Shown here: piece by piece, positions 62,501 through 64,000 of the stretch
Numbering within the stretch: the stretch's first letter is position 1
How the letters are laid out: every line of letters starts with the position of its first letter
IMG/VR virus record: IMGVR_UViG_2882504083_000001
Coordinates: 10,772 to 74,771 of that record
DNA length: 64,000 bases
Strand: one strand, 5' to 3'
DNA from: a virus
Taxonomy: Duplodnaviria; Caudoviricetes
Position numbers and translations under genes: made by a program
Notes under the pieces: model-generated
What the model saw: only the letters and a program-made list of their open reading frames with translations
What the model was told of the DNA's origin: nothing
Databases searched by the model: none

Positions 62501-63608
62501 GAATATTCAAAATCCAGGAGCTACGACCTCGGGAGGAGGCCAAACGGGCGGAACACCGGTGAACGGAATGTATTTCTATCACCCGGATCACTTAGGATCT
62601 GTAACAACCATCACTGACGGATATGGAAATCCAGCAAGCGGCCCCGAACCTGGAGTGAGTTACGTATCCTACGAACCTTACGGTTCCATCAACCGAAACG
62701 ACTCGTATGGCCCGGATATATTCCGTTACAAATACACGGGACAGGTGGAAGACAAGGAAACGGGTCTTTACTTTTACAAATCTCGTTACTACGATCCAAC
62801 GCTCGGGAGATACTTACAAGCTGACTCAGTTGTTGATCCCAAGTCAGTGAACGGTCAGAATCGATATATGTATGTAGAAGGGAATCCGGTGGGGGCAACA
62901 GATCCATCGGGTCACAGTTTGGATTTGATGTTCTACGCTGCATTGTATCAATACGCGCAATTGCCGAATAATCCGCAGAAGGAAACGAATAACTTGATGT
63001 TGTTGTATCTTCACAACCAACAAATCCGAAACACTTCCGGCCCTGGTTGTCCAGTGAGTGGAAAAAATCCTGCAGTATTTGGTAATTTTCAAGGTGATGG
63101 AAAGTGCGGAGGGTTTTTGCCAAGAGATACAATGGAGTATATGCTTTATGCTTTCTTAGGAAAAGATTTGGGTCCTGGCATTGCGCTTGTAATTTATTTT
63201 TTGATGAAGCCTAATTCACCATTGACTATCGTTGATAGATCCGGAATAGCCCACGATGAAGAGCATAGCTGGGATTTGAACAAGAAGGCAATAAAAGCTA
63301 ACGAAGAATGGATTAAACAGTCCTGGGGGAATTATTATTCGATTAACGAACAGAGGGCGGCATACAAGAGAGAATACGATGCTTTGCCGAAAAGTTATGA
63401 TCGATATGGCGGGACAGGGAAGTCGATTATAGCGGGTGTGAATTACGCAGCGACGACGATCTTTGATTACGAGGCATTGGTTCTTGGAACAACGCTTTTC
63501 GGGATTCAAAATATCGCAGGTTATTTTTGGTTAGGTGCTAATCGAGCTTTGTATGTCCCGAAAGGCAGATACAACAATTTATGGAAACCAAAGAAATGGA
63601 GATTATGA
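56505..63608 (+). CDS. SpvB/TcB-like + FG-GAP + RHS/YD-repeat polymorphic toxin
   Basis: IELPKGT...[22 protein letters not shown]; DLNGDG repeats; YD repeats; [32 protein letters not shown] and [10 protein letters not shown]. Confidence 0.93.
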   Translation: MKSRIAKVIYLVVSILFVLNFSFVDGVRNFFSAVASAFSSGIPQALTVIHAGSDGSASTQYEIELPKGTKDVIPKLSLSYNSNGRNGIVGMGWDLNGIHSISRNPSYGISYNGTDQYISSLAGELIDVSGNKTKYHSRKESWILFSPQGTCGDAPCSWIATDKSGRRFFFGGSLDSRIPALGRTAGSIREWTLSREEDVHGNGYNIQYSSIDVTNGDYYPDTITYNDRIIRFVYENRNDKTSNYILGTLERIQKRLDKIEILVAGSIFRTYDLDYSYGPVTGRTVLRTIKRSGSNTFGSENFDDLNFTYTNQSGSFSIGSLDYQVFTDTTTMNVFIPNIAVDFLNVFFNSSLPYHPSALDTNIDASLQYVVKVPVPDRNACNLGAASCLCALLVPCWGGNQGFFEYLAGNCAGFLGWGGPDACVNGVNSALTAWLPMDLNGDGISDFVAINGTEENGSIHLTGHIQRIGQGPITFTSWNIPIHYNTYFQPVDLNGDGKTDFAYEDGGRLWGIYSNGTSFSAPVLFGNVSLAGANRNMSVFSPYEYRFHYGPNSTSPQASNRPAADFFADMNGDELTDFVHANGSSFSIYINRETYFDNPIVIAGGNDFFLNAMVDMTGDGKADYLQLIQTYDNPTLSALQAQKAALDTLMAQYQADHTRAKAVADSFPVSTTGNVIVEAEFQNFIAYLDTNGNSLLADYYELNGSAYDYDSTDLTNLQTVLENIVSAKMNFVGEQSYSINSQIGAIYAQGTVGLATYALQIRSFNLSNGTSQVRTYSMSNSIDPERSTLADVNGDGVLDFVSFPGTQCVVSIFMGNGFSSPIATNLNAGTGKNLVQFNFGEVNGDGLSDLVLFNRESQRFETYLSNGNGNFTLNGSYSFGGFSPQEYTDANGIERADQYQISLQDMNLDGISDLSLVFLNVGKTMGKVYYRYSSPRSTGEDLLQVASNASGNQSSRVQYALTNQHPGATQPGTGNYPNVPNVSPGFLVVQSEIDMSTGVTHRKNYSYSNLRYNQGTRGVARSLGFASIRETDVNTGFYKITDYFQNDYRLSGSPQSERSYNASNNLLRSTVYSAHSFPNSFGTEIAVPGSIVSNLYQNGNLLTTSVKSVSYDSYGFATSDSESIGSHSITNTTQYSHDTTAWRIGRVVRSRKNVDGTWTEDSQFQYTGDNLTSKTQFPASAYPLTTSFGYDSYGNVISVNDPSSGSNTIAYDSLLNHFPVTKTNGLGHVTTATYDSTTGLELSISDPNGSVTTTNYDAYGRKLNVIYPGETSPNETYTYENTGNYDLNNLTNNESVTKSIRDSVSGSVNVSKIFRDAFGNTIRTENNTAVAGVNTIEEFQFDYAIGKLIRKSQPYLSVQTPQYVSFQYNDPDGGLSSIVEPSSTGTILTTVSKTGYTETKSKTYPDGQTEVRSETINELGQTISRTENGRTISYVYSPFGEIRSVTDVSGVTTNITYDSIGRRISTQDPNSGTISFSYDSQGRIASQTDARGKSVQFTYDSLGRILTQNTNGGETSIGYSYDDPSVPFSRGRLTKVVDGSGQTEFRYNQRGETIQKTKIVDDITAIFKTDYDSLGRVVTNTYPDGTKLHTIYSPTGSISGITMDSADGTSVGHTVVRYEGPALNGNGEPIVRRVTGNGVTMEIAFEPTDQKPLALTTRKPDGSVIGNVEYTYDGKGQLTRIEDRLNPTRSQNFTLDNLGRVTQATGKYGTQSYSYSANGNLMQKGAYTLSYGDPQHANAVTQATSANTGAMSYGYDASGNMTNRNGDVLRYDSYGKLTEITPNGTTETIRYTYDYTGSRIKSITNNTLTTSYFFGSDYEIVRVSGTPEKHTLYVKGIEGETVAQLTREDATLQLSNGASGVGGSEESTISVFVGILTNPFCKDVAIDCGNYYKNRIQGKLVSVFGYSSFFQGGVPTHLFNAFYFLILLGILYFSYPFFLKGNALLQNLSWRGVGTPAVIVALFVMTSLPGCGILPGTGGKQGDPPWLLAMGSNLASGVPNIQNPGATTSGGGQTGGTPVNGMYFYHPDHLGSVTTITDGYGNPASGPEPGVSYVSYEPYGSINRNDSYGPDIFRYKYTGQVEDKETGLYFYKSRYYDPTLGRYLQADSVVDPKSVNGQNRYMYVEGNPVGATDPSGHSLDLMFYAALYQYAQLPNNPQKETNNLMLLYLHNQQIRNTSGPGCPVSGKNPAVFGNFQGDGKCGGFLPRDTMEYMLYAFLGKDLGPGIALVIYFLMKPNSPLTIVDRSGIAHDEEHSWDLNKKAIKANEEWIKQSWGNYYSINEQRAAYKREYDALPKSYDRYGGTGKSIIAGVNYAATTIFDYEALVLGTTLFGIQNIAGYFWLGANRALYVPKGRYNNLWKPKKWRL

Positions 63609-63624
63609 AAGGGGAGTTATCAAA

Positions 63625-63942
63625 ATGATGAATTTTAGAATATTAACTTTATTGGTTTTGTTTATTCTTGGAAATATCTTCTGTTCAATCGGAACAGCAA
63701 GAGATGCTTGTAAGAATAATTTGAAAAAGGGAGGAGTCTTTGATGCAAGCGATGACAGTTGTAATGTGCTGCAATTACTGCTTGCGTCTCCATTGGGTGC
63801 GGATGCGACAATTGAAGTAATCCAAAGTAGAGAGGCCCGTATTTCAATTCAAGTAATTAACTGTTATCAATATTACGAAAAACTTCAAGAGTGCAATAAA
63901 GAGGAGAAGAAATATCTTCCCGCAATCTATAGCAAAGAATAG
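63625..63942 (+). CDS. Putative immunity protein (small exported Cys-containing protein, possibly a lipoprotein)
   Basis: ATG at 63625 after SD GGGGAG, hydrophobic N-terminus followed by Cys, directly downstream of the RHS toxin. Confidence 0.6.
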   Translation: MMNFRILTLLVLFILGNIFCSIGTARDACKNNLKKGGVFDASDDSCNVLQLLLASPLGADATIEVIQSREARISIQVINCYQYYEKLQECNKEEKKYLPAIYSKE

Positions 63943-64000
63943 AAAGTCTCGATCTCGTTGCTTTTGAGTTAAAGCGTTAAGATTTTTCTAGTGTGATAAC

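Overview
This window most likely comes from a Leptospira genome or plasmid; the host is inferred from the gene families present. It has three parts. (1) About 1-9.6 kb is an AT-rich accessory region: a 5'-truncated outer-membrane beta-barrel gene, a PIN-like gene, two DUF2971-like genes (the second split by a complete IS66 element with TIRs and an 8-bp TSD), a RelE/HigB-HTH toxin-antitoxin pair, two fused IS stubs and a three-gene cassette. (2) About 9.8-52.2 kb is a myovirus-type prophage or phage-plasmid. It carries terminase, a gpF-like head protein, protease, scaffold, a SPO1/Twort-like major capsid, sheath, tube, tape measure and baseplate genes, two large polyvalent proteins (MTase-LPD5-LPD1 and InPase-ParB), two further DNA methyltransferases, a repressor switch, ParA with a DUF3102-like partner, and Rep. 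I found no recognisable portal, lysis, integrase or long tail-fibre gene. (3) About 52.3-64 kb holds DUF4375-like and GIY-YIG genes, a TPR/Kelch-lipoprotein/beta-barrel operon and a 2367-aa SpvB/FG-GAP/RHS toxin with a probable immunity gene. The strongest sequence-level observations are: a candidate -1 frameshift adding a 12-Cys domain to a baseplate/tail protein; a CCGATT motif 26-27 nt upstream of five structural-gene starts; a C5 methyltransferase encoded in two fully overlapping frames; palindromes flanking the parA operon; a nested base-paired leader upstream of rep; and a tail-chaperone A-run that is one base out of the usual register. All family assignments come from motif recognition by eye, not from database searches.
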